A model generated the notes under the pieces. The model worked only from the letters and a program-made list of their open reading frames with translations. It was not told the DNA's origin and made no database searches. A DNA stretch of 64,000 nucleotides from Acidobacteriota bacterium (GTDB lineage Bacteria; Acidobacteriota; UBA890; WLXD01), in contig CAXWPH010000014.1 in NCBI GenBank assembly GCA_963666055.2, forward strand, positions 128,001 to 192,000, given 5' to 3'. Position 1 is the first letter of the stretch; each line of letters starts with the position of its first letter. A program made the position numbers and the translations under genes. Shown in pieces: positions 49,904-60,203 of this stretch.

Positions 49904-51259
49904 TCAGACTTGCGGCCCGGCCCCGGGCAGGATCTCGTCGATGAGGTGAGTATCGTAGTCGCCGGCAACGAACCCGGGATGGTCCAAGACACGCCGAAGT
50001 AGCGGGATATTCGTCTTGATTCCCTCGATGATCATGAGCTCCAGGCAGCGGCGCATGCGCGCCAGAGACTCGGCCCGGTCGCGCCCGTGGACGATGACCT
50101 TGGCGATCATGGAGTCGTAGAAAGGCGACACGTAGTAGTCCTCATGTGCCGCCGTGTCGACGCGCACTCCCGGACCCTTGGGAACATTGAAGGCGGTGAT
50201 CTGACCCGGGCAGGGAACCAGCGTCTCGGGATCCTCCGCGTTGATGCGACACTCCATGCTGTGGCCGCGGAACTCGATCTCGTCCTGGGTGTACTGAATC
50301 GGCAGGCCAGCCGCGATCCGAATCTGCTCCTTTACGAGATCGACAAGCGTCACCGCCTCGGTGATCGGGTGCTCGACCTGGATGCGGGTGTTCATTTCCA
50401 TGAAGTAGTGCTTGCCATCGCCGTCAACGAGAAATTCCATGGTGCCAGCGGACACGTACTCGAGCGCCGACGCTCCGCGCACCGCGTCGGCCAGGATGTT
50501 CTCGCGTTGCTCGCGGTCTAACGCCGCGGTTGGCGTCTCCTCGACGATCTTCTGGTACTTGCGCTGTACGCTGCACTCCCGTTCGCCGAGGTGTACGAGG
50601 TTGCCATGCGTGTCCCCCAGGAGCTGCACCTCGACATGGCGCGGGCGCGCCAGGTACTTCTCCATGTACATCTCACCGTTGCCAAACGCCGCCTCCGCTT
50701 CGCGCGAGGCGGTCCGGAACGCGGCCGCCAGGTCGTCGCCCCTCAATACGATGCGCATGCCGCGCCCACCGCCCCCGGCCGACGCCTTGAGCAGCACCGG
50801 GTAGCCGATCTCCTCGGCGATCACGCCCGCGACATCGGGCCCACCGACGGGACCGTCGCTGCCCGGGAGCATGGGCAGACCGGCCTCGAGCATCAGCCGC
50901 TTGGCTTCGACCTTGTCGCCCATCCGACGAATATGGTCTGGACGCGGCCCGATGAACTTGAATCCGCAGGTCTCACAGACTTCCGCGAAATGCGCGTTCT
51001 CGGAAAGAAACCCATAGCCCGGGTGGATGGCGTCGACCTTGAGCGCCTCGGCGGCAGCGATCACCGAGGCAATGTCGAGATACGACTCCGCCGCGGGGCC
51101 GGGGCCGATGCAGATATCCTCATCGGCAAACTTCACGTGCAACGAGTCGCGATCAGCCTCCGAGTAGACGGCCACGGGGCTGATGCCCAGCTCGCGACAG
51201 GCCCATATGACCCTTAGCGCGATCTCGCCACGGTTGGCCACCAAGACGGATTTGATCAT
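49904..51259 (-). CDS. accC: Acetyl-CoA carboxylase biotin carboxylase
   Basis: ANRGEIA, HPGYGFLSEN, KASAGGGGRGM, ERECSVQR, EMNTRIQVEH and YDSMIAK. Confidence 0.96.
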   Translation of the reverse strand: MIKSVLVANRGEIALRVIWACRELGISPVAVYSEADRDSLHVKFADEDICIGPGPAAESYLDIASVIAAAEALKVDAIHPGYGFLSENAHFAEVCETCGFKFIGPRPDHIRRMGDKVEAKRLMLEAGLPMLPGSDGPVGGPDVAGVIAEEIGYPVLLKASAGGGGRGMRIVLRGDDLAAAFRTASREAEAAFGNGEMYMEKYLARPRHVEVQLLGDTHGNLVHLGERECSVQRKYQKIVEETPTAALDREQRENILADAVRGASALEYVSAGTMEFLVDGDGKHYFMEMNTRIQVEHPITEAVTLVDLVKEQIRIAAGLPIQYTQDEIEFRGHSMECRINAEDPETLVPCPGQITAFNVPKGPGVRVDTAAHEDYYVSPFYDSMIAKVIVHGRDRAESLARMRRCLELMIIEGIKTNIPLLRRVLDHPGFVAGDYDTHLIDEILPGAGPQV

Positions 51260-51297
51260 CGAAGCATTCCAAAGGCACGGCCGCAGACAGCGACGGG

Positions 51298-51750
51298 TCA
51301 GTCAGGCCGGACGGCAAAGAGCTCCTGGCCGTACTCTACTGGCTGGGCATTCTCGTGCAGCACCGCGACGAGCTCTCCGCCAACATCGGAGGTGATCTCG
51401 TTCATCAGCTTCATGGCCTCGACAATGCACAGGGTCTGGCCCTCTTCGATGCGGTCGCCGACCTGTACGAACGACTCCGCCCCCGGCTCCGGGCCCAAGT
51501 AGAACGTCCCCACCATCGGCGACCGAATCACGTGTGCGCCGCCGTGGTCGGTAGCAGCGACGTCAGCATCGCCATGCCCTGCGCCCGCCGCAATCGTGCT
51601 TGCGGCGGATACGATGGGTGTGGCGGCGGCGAAAACCTGTGGCTCGGGGCGTCGAATGCGTAGGCTTACCCCATGCTGCTCGATCTGCAACTCGGCCAGA
51701 TCGTGCTCGATCATCAGGTCCACGAACTCGCGAATGCGATCGATATCCAA
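51298..51750 (-). CDS. accB: Biotin carboxyl carrier protein
   Basis: IRSPMVGTFY, IVEAMKLMNEI (biotinyl Lys) and VEYGQELF. Confidence 0.95.
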   Translation of the reverse strand: MDIDRIREFVDLMIEHDLAELQIEQHGVSLRIRRPEPQVFAAATPIVSAASTIAAGAGHGDADVAATDHGGAHVIRSPMVGTFYLGPEPGAESFVQVGDRIEEGQTLCIVEAMKLMNEITSDVGGELVAVLHENAQPVEYGQELFAVRPD

Positions 51751-51810
51751 TGCCGGTCTCCAGTATAGGCGGACCTCAGAATACCACCGGTAAGGTGGAG
51801 CTTCACACGC

Positions 51811-52917
51811 CTACAGGCTCTGTTGGATCGGCGCGAACATGGCTCGCGGTGGCAACCGGTTCAGCACTTCCGCGCCGGTCTCTGTGACCAGCACCATGTC
51901 TTCAAGTCGCATGCCGCCCTTCCCCGGAAGGTAGACACCCGGCTCAATCGTGACGACGGTATCGACCATGAGCACGTCGTCGCTACGCTGCGCCAGGCGC
52001 GGAGCCTCATGCACCTCGAGGCCCACCCCGTGTCCGAGGGAATGGACGAACGCCTCGCCGAGGCCCCGCTCCGCGAGCGCCTGGCGCGCCGCCGCGTCCA
52101 CTTCACGAGCAGACACCCCCGCCGCCACCACCGCCAACGCCGCCTCACGAGCCGCGCTCAGGGCCTCGTGCACACGCTTCCAGTCAGCCGGCAGTTCCGG
52201 GCCCAGCAACACCGCCCGAGTAATGTCGCTGCAGTAGCCGTCCACCACACAACCCATGTCGACAACCGCCAGATCGCCCTTGTGAAGTAAGCGCTCGGTA
52301 GGGCGTGCGTGCGGCAGAGCGCCGCGAGGGCCCGACGCGACGATGGTGTCGAACGACATGCGCTCTGCGCCCCGCACCCTGCAGGCGTTCTCTAACGCTG
52401 CCGCCAACCCAACCTCGGTGGTCCCTGGCCGCAACGCCTCGACGGTTTCCTCGAGCGCCGATTCCGCCACCTCCAAGGCTCGCCGGACTGCTTGGATCTC
52501 GGTGCGGTCCTTGCCAACGCGAAGCTGCTCCACCAACCCGCCGACGCCCTTCCACTCGATCCCGTCATGGGCGCGCGTGAGCTCTTCCCAGACCGCAACC
52601 GATACGTCCCGGGACTCGAAGCCAACGGGAGCCGCGGCGCGCTCCAGGGGCGCCGTCAGCGCCCACGTCAGGCCGGTTGCGGCGATGATCAGTTCGCAGT
52701 CCGGTGCTTCGTCGACTGCCTGCTCAGCGTAGCGAGCGTCGGTCACCAGCGTGGCGCCCAACGCACCCACAACAACCCAGCCGTTGGAGCCGGTAAACCC
52801 GGTCAGGTAACGGACGTTGGCGCGCTGGGTGCACAGGAACGTGCCGAAGCCCGCCGCCTCGAGCGACTCGACAAGTCGCTGTCGACGGAGGGCGCCCGCG
52901 CTGCCGGGGGCGTTCAG
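51811..52917 (-). CDS. Xaa-Pro peptidase (M24B), probable CTG start
   Basis: N-domain NVRYLTGFTGSNG lies upstream of the called ORF in the same frame; TDARY, SFDTIVASG..GALPH, DGYCSDITR, HSLGHGVGLEVHE, TIEPGVY and RLED. Confidence 0.9.
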   Translation of the reverse strand: MNAPGSAGALRRQRLVESLEAAGFGTFLCTQRANVRYLTGFTGSNGWVVVGALGATLVTDARYAEQAVDEAPDCELIIAATGLTWALTAPLERAAAPVGFESRDVSVAVWEELTRAHDGIEWKGVGGLVEQLRVGKDRTEIQAVRRALEVAESALEETVEALRPGTTEVGLAAALENACRVRGAERMSFDTIVASGPRGALPHARPTERLLHKGDLAVVDMGCVVDGYCSDITRAVLLGPELPADWKRVHEALSAAREAALAVVAAGVSAREVDAAARQALAERGLGEAFVHSLGHGVGLEVHEAPRLAQRSDDVLMVDTVVTIEPGVYLPGKGGMRLEDMVLVTETGAEVLNRLPPRAMFAPIQQSL

Positions 52918-54368
52918 CTGACGGTCACCGTAAGGGTCGTGGACGCGGTGGCGCCGAAGTTGTCACGGATCGTCAGGGTCACGGTGTATGTGCCTGCGAT
53001 GGCGAAGATGTGCGTCGCAGACGGAGTCACCTCGAGGGTCGGACTCGTGCCGTCGCCCCAGTCCCAACGGTACTCCTCGATCTCGCCCCCCGGATCCAAT
53101 GACGACGTAGCGCTGAAGGAAACGACATCGCCAGCAGCGGGGTCATCAGGCGAGAAGATGAAGCTCGCCTCCGGCGTACCGCCGGTGATCCGAAGGGTGA
53201 TCTGGTTCGATACCGCCTGCACCGCGAAGGTAACGTCGTCGAGGAGATGGGCCTCGATCACGATGATGGCGTCCGGCTCGTGACCAAACACCGTGTTGAA
53301 CGCCGTGCCGAGCGTGTTGGTACGACCCGGGGTGCTATCTGAGAAGGTGGCATGGAGGCTACCGACGTCGGTGCTGTCTTCAACGATCGCCCAGCGCACC
53401 AGGCGCCCGCTCAAGACCGTGCCGGAGTCGCGATCGGTCACCGTTGCGGACATTCCCACACCGTCGTTGGGCGCACTGGTGGTAGAGGTCGAACCGTCGT
53501 CGAAGGTCAACGTAACCGCCGTATTCTCCTGCGTAGCAGTGGCGATGGCGGTCACCTGGTTGGATGTGAAGATGACGCGCCCGTCCACCGGCTCGAGCAC
53601 GTCGGCGGTGAGCGTGACGGTACCTTCGCCCTGCAGGAGAATGGTGGCGAAGGCCTCACCCGAGGAGTCGGTCAGACTCCGGCTCGGGCTGCCGAAGAAG
53701 GCCGCTCCGTGGCCGGAAGCGATCGTCAGGTCCTCGATGATGTGGAATTCGACCTCGACCCCGGCGATCGCCAACCCCTCGGGGGTCTTGACTTTTCCCA
53801 CCAGGGTGAAATCGATGGGGGCAACACCGCGAACGCTGGTCGTATCGGCGCCGCCGCTGCGGAAGACCAAGTCGACCAACGCCTCCAACGGTACCCGGTC
53901 GAAAGTGACACGCAGTACGGTGGCAACGTCGGCAATCCAAGCTGTCACAGTCCCCGAACCGCTGACCGTACTGCGCACGGCGAACGAAGCATTGCCCTCG
54001 AATGTTCCTGCCCGCACAGAACTCGCTGCGGTGGCCGGGTCGGCGCCGAACAGACGGATGGTGCCGATGTCGATCGAGACGTTCACCGGGGTGCCGTTGG
54101 CCACCGGGTTGCCGCTAGCGTCGCGCACGCGCACGTTGATTATCAGGTCGGTAAGGCCGTCGGCGCTGCCTGTGCCGCCACCGCTGACGCTGATCAGCCC
54201 GGAAAACGTGCCCGTGATGTTGGGTGTATTGCCGGTCAGATCGACAGGGGCTGTCGGGGCAGACGGATCGTTGGTCTTGCAAGACAGCGACAGCGCCACG
54301 ACCGCCATTAGGACCATCACGACCATCACACCCGGGCGCGACCGGCCGAACAGAAATCCGCGTTTCAT
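52914..54368 (-). CDS. Lipoprotein with Ig-like (invasin/Big-type) repeats and C-terminal PKD domain
   Basis: Lipobox SLSC; VRDASGNPVANGTPV and LTDSSGEA beta-sandwich repeats; PKD YRWDWGDGT..HIFAIAGTYTVTLTI. Confidence 0.78.
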   Translation of the reverse strand: MKRGFLFGRSRPGVMVVMVLMAVVALSLSCKTNDPSAPTAPVDLTGNTPNITGTFSGLISVSGGGTGSADGLTDLIINVRVRDASGNPVANGTPVNVSIDIGTIRLFGADPATAASSVRAGTFEGNASFAVRSTVSGSGTVTAWIADVATVLRVTFDRVPLEALVDLVFRSGGADTTSVRGVAPIDFTLVGKVKTPEGLAIAGVEVEFHIIEDLTIASGHGAAFFGSPSRSLTDSSGEAFATILLQGEGTVTLTADVLEPVDGRVIFTSNQVTAIATATQENTAVTLTFDDGSTSTTSAPNDGVGMSATVTDRDSGTVLSGRLVRWAIVEDSTDVGSLHATFSDSTPGRTNTLGTAFNTVFGHEPDAIIVIEAHLLDDVTFAVQAVSNQITLRITGGTPEASFIFSPDDPAAGDVVSFSATSSLDPGGEIEEYRWDWGDGTSPTLEVTPSATHIFAIAGTYTVTLTIRDNFGATASTTLTVTVS

Positions 54369-54386
54369 GGCGTCGTCAGCTCCCCA

Positions 54387-54992
54387 TCAGTCAGCAAAGT
54401 CTGCGAAATTGAGGCCTATCGCCGCTTCCGCTTGAACAGCGTCTCCAGCAATCGTGTGTCCGAAGAAACGCACGGTGGCCGTCGCCTGGATGCTGACGAA
54501 GCCGGTGACCGGCTCGAACCCAGGCAGAATCAGATGCGAGAGGGGCGGCTGGCTTTTGAGGGTCGACGGGACCAGCACCAGGGTGAGGCCGGTGATCGTC
54601 TCGGTGGTGGAGCCGTTCGGGGTCACGCGAACCTTGGCGCTGATGGCACGCTGGAAGCCCGGCGGTTTGGCGGTTCCCCCATCGGTGCGGCTAAAGGTCA
54701 CCTCATAGCGCTCGACAAGGATGTCCTGGAGCCCCGGTTGCGACAAATCGGACGGGTTCTTCATCCGCGCGATGAGGGTGACGACGACAGTGTCCTCGGG
54801 CAGCGTTCCGTCGGTGCTGAGAACATCACCGAAGGGCGCGTTGCCGGCGAGCAGCGACGAGACGATCAGGACGACGGGCGCAGAAGTGTTCTGCAGCCCA
54901 CCGCTGGTGCCGCAGCCGGCAACGGTGAGCACCAGGCTGCACACCGCCGCGGTGGCCGTTACCCGTCGGGTACTGGATGGGCGCATCGTCAC
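54387..54992 (-). CDS. Uncharacterised lipoprotein downstream of pilQ
   Basis: Basic n-region, hydrophobic stretch and lipobox VAGC; beta-rich; GTGA overlap with the pilQ stop. Confidence 0.72.
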   Translation of the reverse strand: MTMRPSSTRRVTATAAVCSLVLTVAGCGTSGGLQNTSAPVVLIVSSLLAGNAPFGDVLSTDGTLPEDTVVVTLIARMKNPSDLSQPGLQDILVERYEVTFSRTDGGTAKPPGFQRAISAKVRVTPNGSTTETITGLTLVLVPSTLKSQPPLSHLILPGFEPVTGFVSIQATATVRFFGHTIAGDAVQAEAAIGLNFADFAD

Positions 54993-56467
54993 TGCTCCAA
55001 GATCCGTGGTGTGATGAAGATGAGCAACTCGTTGTTGGTCTGCTCGGTCTTGCGGCTCTTGAAGAGAGAGCCGAGCAGCGGAATGCGGTGGAAGAACGGC
55101 ACCCGCGATTCCTGCTCGGTAGAGGTCATTTGGAAGATGCCACCGATGACCGTGGTGCCACCATCGCGCACGAGGAGCTTGGTTTCGGCTCGGCGCGTGA
55201 AGATGGTGGGAATCCCCAGCACCGAATTACCGAAATCGGGCTCGCTCTTGTCGACGACGATGTCGAGCATGATGGTCCTTTCTGAGGTGATCTGCGGTGT
55301 CACCTCGAGCCGCAGCTGGGCGTTGATAAAGGTGATCGATGCGGTGTTGTCGATCAGCGTCTGCACGGGGATCCGGCGACCGCTCTCGATCGATGCTCGG
55401 ACGTTGTCCTGGGCAGTGACCTTGGGCGACGAGATGATCTTGCCGCGCCCCTCTTCCTCCATGGCCGACAACGCCACATCGAGCCGGAAGGTATCGAGGA
55501 TGTTGCCCATCGTCAGGGCAACGCCGCTGGTAGCGTTCTGTGCCGGCAGATTCACGGCGAACGGTACGCCACCTGTCCCCACCTGCTGAAGGGCGCCGAG
55601 CGGATTGTTGAGACCCTGGATCCCCATGTTATTGGGGAAGACCAGACCGGTGGTGTTGCCGTGCTGGGCATCGGCCACGCCGCTGAAGCCCCATTGGATG
55701 CCGAGCTCACGACCGAATTCCTTGGTGGTTTCGACGATGCGCGACTCGATCAATACCTGCGGCGCTGCGATATCGAGCGTCGTCACCAGGGCGAGGATAG
55801 CGTCGAACGATTCGGCGGTATCTTTGATGACCAGGGTGTTGGTGCGGGTGTCGACGATGACCTCGCCGCGCTGCGACAGCTGTGCCTCGATGATCGGCAC
55901 CAGGTTCGCGGCCGTGGCATAGGAAAGGCGCGTGGTATGGATCTCCAACGGAGACGCTAGCTCCGCCTGGTTGGCGAGTCGGGCGCGATCTTCAGCCTCG
56001 TCGGCCATACGGCGCAGCGACGAAACCCGCACGATGTTGTCCTCGATGCTGAACCCCAGCTGGTGGGCGCGCAGGATCGCCTGGAAGGCCGTATCCCAAG
56101 GGACGTCGAAAAAGCTCACGGTCACCGGGCCCGAGACTTCCGGGTCGACCACCACGTTGAGCCCCGTGAGGTTCGAGAAGAAACGCGCCACGTCGCGGAT
56201 ATCAGTGTCGACGAAGTTGATGCTTATCGAAACGCCTTGGTGGTCGCCCATCGCCAGGATGTCGGACTCGGTCGGCAACTGTCCGGCGGCAATCCGCTGC
56301 TCTGCGGGCATCTCCGCTTGGGGCCTGGCCAGTGGTAGCTGTGCAGACGCATCCGCGATGCGCGCCGGCAGCAGGGCGATGGAAACAGACACCACCAAAG
56401 CTGCCGCCCGCCGCCGTTGACGGCGGCTCCGGCGACTTGCTGCACGAGTGTGTGTGCCCATTGCCAC
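54989..56467 (-). CDS. pilQ: Type IV pilus secretin
   Basis: ISINFVDTDIRDV, DVPWD, DTRTNTLVIKD, QVLIESRIVE, LEVTPQIT, SRVPFFHRIPLLGSLF and ELLIFITPRI. Confidence 0.92.
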   Translation of the reverse strand: MAMGTHTRAASRRSRRQRRRAAALVVSVSIALLPARIADASAQLPLARPQAEMPAEQRIAAGQLPTESDILAMGDHQGVSISINFVDTDIRDVARFFSNLTGLNVVVDPEVSGPVTVSFFDVPWDTAFQAILRAHQLGFSIEDNIVRVSSLRRMADEAEDRARLANQAELASPLEIHTTRLSYATAANLVPIIEAQLSQRGEVIVDTRTNTLVIKDTAESFDAILALVTTLDIAAPQVLIESRIVETTKEFGRELGIQWGFSGVADAQHGNTTGLVFPNNMGIQGLNNPLGALQQVGTGGVPFAVNLPAQNATSGVALTMGNILDTFRLDVALSAMEEEGRGKIISSPKVTAQDNVRASIESGRRIPVQTLIDNTASITFINAQLRLEVTPQITSERTIMLDIVVDKSEPDFGNSVLGIPTIFTRRAETKLLVRDGGTTVIGGIFQMTSTEQESRVPFFHRIPLLGSLFKSRKTEQTNNELLIFITPRILEQ

Positions 56468-57144
56468 CTACTCTCCCGCTTCCTTAGCCAGGCGTTTGAC
56501 CACCTGCCGCTTGCTGCGCGCGCCCAGAAGGTCTTCGATCTCCTGCTCGAACACGATCTCGTGCTCGTTGATCGCCACGATGCGGCCGTCGTATAACTCG
56601 GTGCCAACTTCGGCAAAGTACGTACGCCGGTCGAGCCCGATAAGCATGGCGTGCCAGCGTCCCTGGAACTCCGCCAGGGCCGAGATGCCTATCTCACCGA
56701 GCATGAAGCCCGCTAACCCCGGAGGTCGCTGAGTGGGCGCGGTGAGCTCGCGCTGACGGAGCAGCAGCAGGCTACGAAAGGGGTCGCGGCGGCCGCCCGA
56801 GTTGTACACGAAGTTTTGCCCGCTCAAGAGCATTTGCTGCTCGGCCAAGATCTGCTCGACGAGGCGCACCGCTTTCTCCTCGTCGGCGGTCATGCCGGCG
56901 CTGATCACCGGTAGCTCACCGGGATCGATCAATGCAGGGGGCTCGGGTTCGGCGACCGGATCGATTTCGGCGTCATCCGATTCCTGCGACTCTGGCAGAC
57001 CCTCTTGCTGCGCCGCGGCCACTGCCGCGCCCCCGGTCCGCACGGGCGTTAGCCGGGCCGCAGCGGCAAGACTGCCTTGGCCATCATCAGTGCGACAAGC
57101 GCCAAACCTGCATTCCTTCCCCAGGACCCACATCGAACGCTCAT
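56468..57144 (-). CDS. pilP: PilP-like pilus assembly protein (probable frameshift in the N-terminal region)
   Basis: YNSGGRRDPFRSLL and VGTELYDGRIVAI; lies between pilO and pilQ; an ATG overlapping the pilO stop opens a signal-peptide-like stretch in another frame. Confidence 0.72.
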
Positions 57145-57743
57145 TGAGCCAGCAGCTCCTCGAACCCGTCGGCGGCGAGATTGTCGAACTCGTCTTCCAT
57201 GAAGATGAATGTCATTGCGGTTACCGTGGCCTCGACTGACGCGTCGCTTTCGTCTAACGCCGAAATGGAAACGTCGTCGACGTTGATGATGCGCGCGAAC
57301 TTGCCAATACGGTCGAAGAACCGCGCCAGATCGTGATAGGTGCCGGTAAGCTCGAGCGCAATCGGCGACTCGGCATAGAACTCGTACGGAACCGGGTCAC
57401 GGAACTCGAGATCGCGTATGTCAAGGTTCGACTGCGCCGCGAGCGTCCCTACGCCGCGCAGCAGGTCAGCGGTCTCGTACTCTTCTGGCAAGATGTGTGC
57501 CAAGACTTCGAGGCGACGGTCGAGGCCGGAAAGCTCCTCGCGAAGCTCCGGCAGGCTGTTGGCGACCGCCTGTATTCGCTGCAGCTCGGTCTTGAGCTCG
57601 GCGATCTCGTTCTCTGTTCGAGTGATCTGCTGCGAGGTCGACCGCCAGAACTGCATGTAGTACATGCCGACGAACAGGAAGCAGAGAGCGACCGACACAA
57701 GCCACTGCTGTTTCGGCGACAGGTCATTCAATGAGAGTGCCAT
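57141..57743 (-). CDS. pilO: Type IV pilus assembly protein PilO
   Basis: N-terminal TM, coiled coil, ILPEEYE, FYAESPI.LELTGTYHDLARFFDRIGKFARIINV. Confidence 0.9.
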   Translation of the reverse strand: MALSLNDLSPKQQWLVSVALCFLFVGMYYMQFWRSTSQQITRTENEIAELKTELQRIQAVANSLPELREELSGLDRRLEVLAHILPEEYETADLLRGVGTLAAQSNLDIRDLEFRDPVPYEFYAESPIALELTGTYHDLARFFDRIGKFARIINVDDVSISALDESDASVEATVTAMTFIFMEDEFDNLAADGFEELLAQ

Positions 57744-58354
57744 CAGCCCCCCCCGCCGCCGGCCGCGGCGGGCGGCTCCGCTCCAGCAGCCAGGTTGTTC
57801 GCCTTGAAGGCGAGACTGATCTGGAACCTAACCGTCTCGCCGGAGTCACCCAGCGTGCGCAAGCGCACCTGCTCGAAATACTGCGAGGCCTGGAGGTTGG
57901 TAAGAAAGTCGGCCACCGAATTGTCCGACAGAGCTGCGCCGCGGAGCGTCACGTCGCCGCGGGCAAGATCGAGGCCGGTCAGCCAGAGCCCATCGGTAAT
58001 CAGCCGGCTGACTTCGTCGAGCAACATTGCTGGGCCCGTCTGATTGGCTTTGAGCTCGACGATGACCCTGAGCTTCTGGCGCAGCAGATCGGTGCGCTCT
58101 TGTAGCGCGGCCACCTGGTCCGCTACCTCCTGCACCCGGGCGCGCTCGGATTGCACGAGAGAGAGCTCGGTTCGCAGCTGCTTAAGCGTGTTGCTCTGAA
58201 ACCACCAGGCGAGTCCGATGCCCAGTAGCACGACAATGAACATCCCTGCAATGCCCGCCTGCACCGCACCAACCGAGAACTCCGGCAACCGGATGGCGCG
58301 CAGACCCTTGCTCTTCTTGGCGGCATCGGCGCCCAGCAGGTTGATACGGATCAT
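57743..58354 (-). CDS. pilN: Type IV pilus assembly protein PilN
   Basis: MIRINLL motif, TM, coiled coil, LDEVSRLI.DGLWLT. Confidence 0.9.
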   Translation of the reverse strand: MIRINLLGADAAKKSKGLRAIRLPEFSVGAVQAGIAGMFIVVLLGIGLAWWFQSNTLKQLRTELSLVQSERARVQEVADQVAALQERTDLLRQKLRVIVELKANQTGPAMLLDEVSRLITDGLWLTGLDLARGDVTLRGAALSDNSVADFLTNLQASQYFEQVRLRTLGDSGETVRFQISLAFKANNLAAGAEPPAAAGGGGG

Positions 58355-58361
58355 CCGCCCA

Positions 58362-59506
58362 TCACTCCATCACGCCGCGTAGCGCCAGACCTAGCGCAAC
58401 GGTCGATTCGGGGCCGGTCTCCCAAACGTACTCCGGATCGAAGCCGCCGTCGGGTATCGAGATGCGCCGCATCGGATCGAACTGCTCGACTGGCCAACCG
58501 AGCCGATCTTCGAGGCGGGTGGACACAAGTCGGCGATATGAGCGCCGCCGCCGGCCAGAAAAATCGCGTCGAAGCGATCGCGTAGGGCTTGAGTCTGGTA
58601 GAAGTCGAACGTCTTACGGATCTCGGTGATGATCTGCTCGGAGACTTGGCCAATAGCCTCGAGCACACGCGGATCGGTTGCAGCGTCGCGCAGTTCGGAA
58701 CCCGCCTCGTCGTCGTCACTCCACTCGGCGAGCCCGAGGTTCTTGCCCTGCGATCCGCCGGTGGCGCTCTCGCGGCTGACACGTCGCAAAACCTCTTCGG
58801 CGTCGAACGGATCGAGCATGAACTGACGCTGCAACGCCGCGCTGTAGCGGTTCATTCCCACCGCGATGTCTCGCCAGAAGGCCGGTCTGCCACCCTCGAG
58901 CACCGCGAGGTTAATCACCGATGCGCCCAGGTTCAGGATCGCGACGTCCTCGAACTGGCGCTCGGGATAGCTGAACTCGAAGGCGTTCTGCACGGCGAAC
59001 GCGTCGATATCCATGATCGTCGCGGTCCGCGTGGCCGCCTCGATAACCGCGACATGGTCGTCCACACGATCGCGCTTGGCTGCCACGAGGACGACGTCCA
59101 TGGTGTCCTTCTCTTCGTCCTCCTCGAGCACCGCGAAGTCTAGGTCGACGTCGTCGAGCTCGAACGGGATGTACTCCTCGGCCTCAGAGGAGAGCGATTC
59201 CCGGAGCTCGTCGGGATCCTGGCGAGGCATGGTGACGCGCCGCACGATGACCGCGTTACCCGAAACCGATGCTGCGACGTATCGGGTACGAATCTTGTGC
59301 TGGTCGAAAAGCTCGGCGATGGTCTGGGCGACGGCCGCCTGTTCGATGATCGCACCATCGACGACGGCCTCGCTCGGAAGCTCGGCGGTAGCGAAGTGAG
59401 TGAGCTCGAAGGGCAAGTCGCCCTTGACGGCGCGCACTGCGACCAACTTGACCGCGTACGAGCCTATATCGAGCCCCACAATCTGTCGGGTCCGGCTCAG
59501 GAACAT
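58362..59506 (-). CDS. pilM: Type IV pilus assembly protein PilM (frameshift near 58500)
   Basis: VGLDIGSYAVK, YIPF, VVLVAAK, IFLAGGGA; the true C-terminus TVALGLALRGVME* is in another frame. Confidence 0.9.
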
Positions 59507-59770
59507 GAATTCCCACCCCAGAACGGACCCAGCTCGCTTTTCGCCCGTACATAGTTGTAATCGTCGGCGGTGGGCAGTGTCAAGCCTCCCCGAGAAGTTT
59601 TGCCTCCGTATGCGCATCAGAAGGCAAACGAAGTCAACCGAATCTGCCACGGCGGCGGGCGGATATTCCGCGCCTAGCTCACCCGATTAGACGGCCATCG
59701 GGAGCAACAATTCGGAGCCGTCGGGACTCGGCTCGGTGCGTGGCGCCGCAGGGTCAGGGCACCGCGGTGG

Positions 59771-60163
59771 TCATGCAGTAGCGACCGCGTCAATCTCGAC
59801 CCGTACGTCCTTCGGTAGCCGTGCCACCTCCACCGTGGCGCGCGCCGGTGGCGCGTCGCCGAAGTACTCACCGTAGGCAGCGTTGACCTCGGCGAAGTCA
59901 CCCATGTCGACCAGAAAGATCGTCGTCTTTACGACACGGTCGAAGCCGCTGCCGGCGGCCTCCAGCACGGCGGCCAGGTTGGCCATCACGCGATGTACCT
60001 GGTCGGTGATCGAACCGTCGACCACGTCGCCGGTGCTGGGGTCGATGGGAATCTGACCCGACAAGAACACCAGGCGGCCAGCACCCAGATCGATGTCGGT
60101 GGCCTGAGAGTAGGGACCCAGGGCACCCGGAGCTTTGTCGGTATGAATGGCGCGATGACCCAA
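59771..60163 (-). CDS. ridA: RidA/YjgF family enamine-imine deaminase
   Basis: APGALGPYSQA, LSGQIPIDP, VVKTTIFL.DM.DFAEVN, PPARATVEV.RLP and VEIDA. Confidence 0.92.
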   Translation of the reverse strand: MGHRAIHTDKAPGALGPYSQATDIDLGAGRLVFLSGQIPIDPSTGDVVDGSITDQVHRVMANLAAVLEAAGSGFDRVVKTTIFLVDMGDFAEVNAAYGEYFGDAPPARATVEVARLPKDVRVEIDAVATA

Positions 60164-60203
60164 GTGACCTCCGTGAATGGTTGGCTATGATCTGCCAGTT
60201 ATC

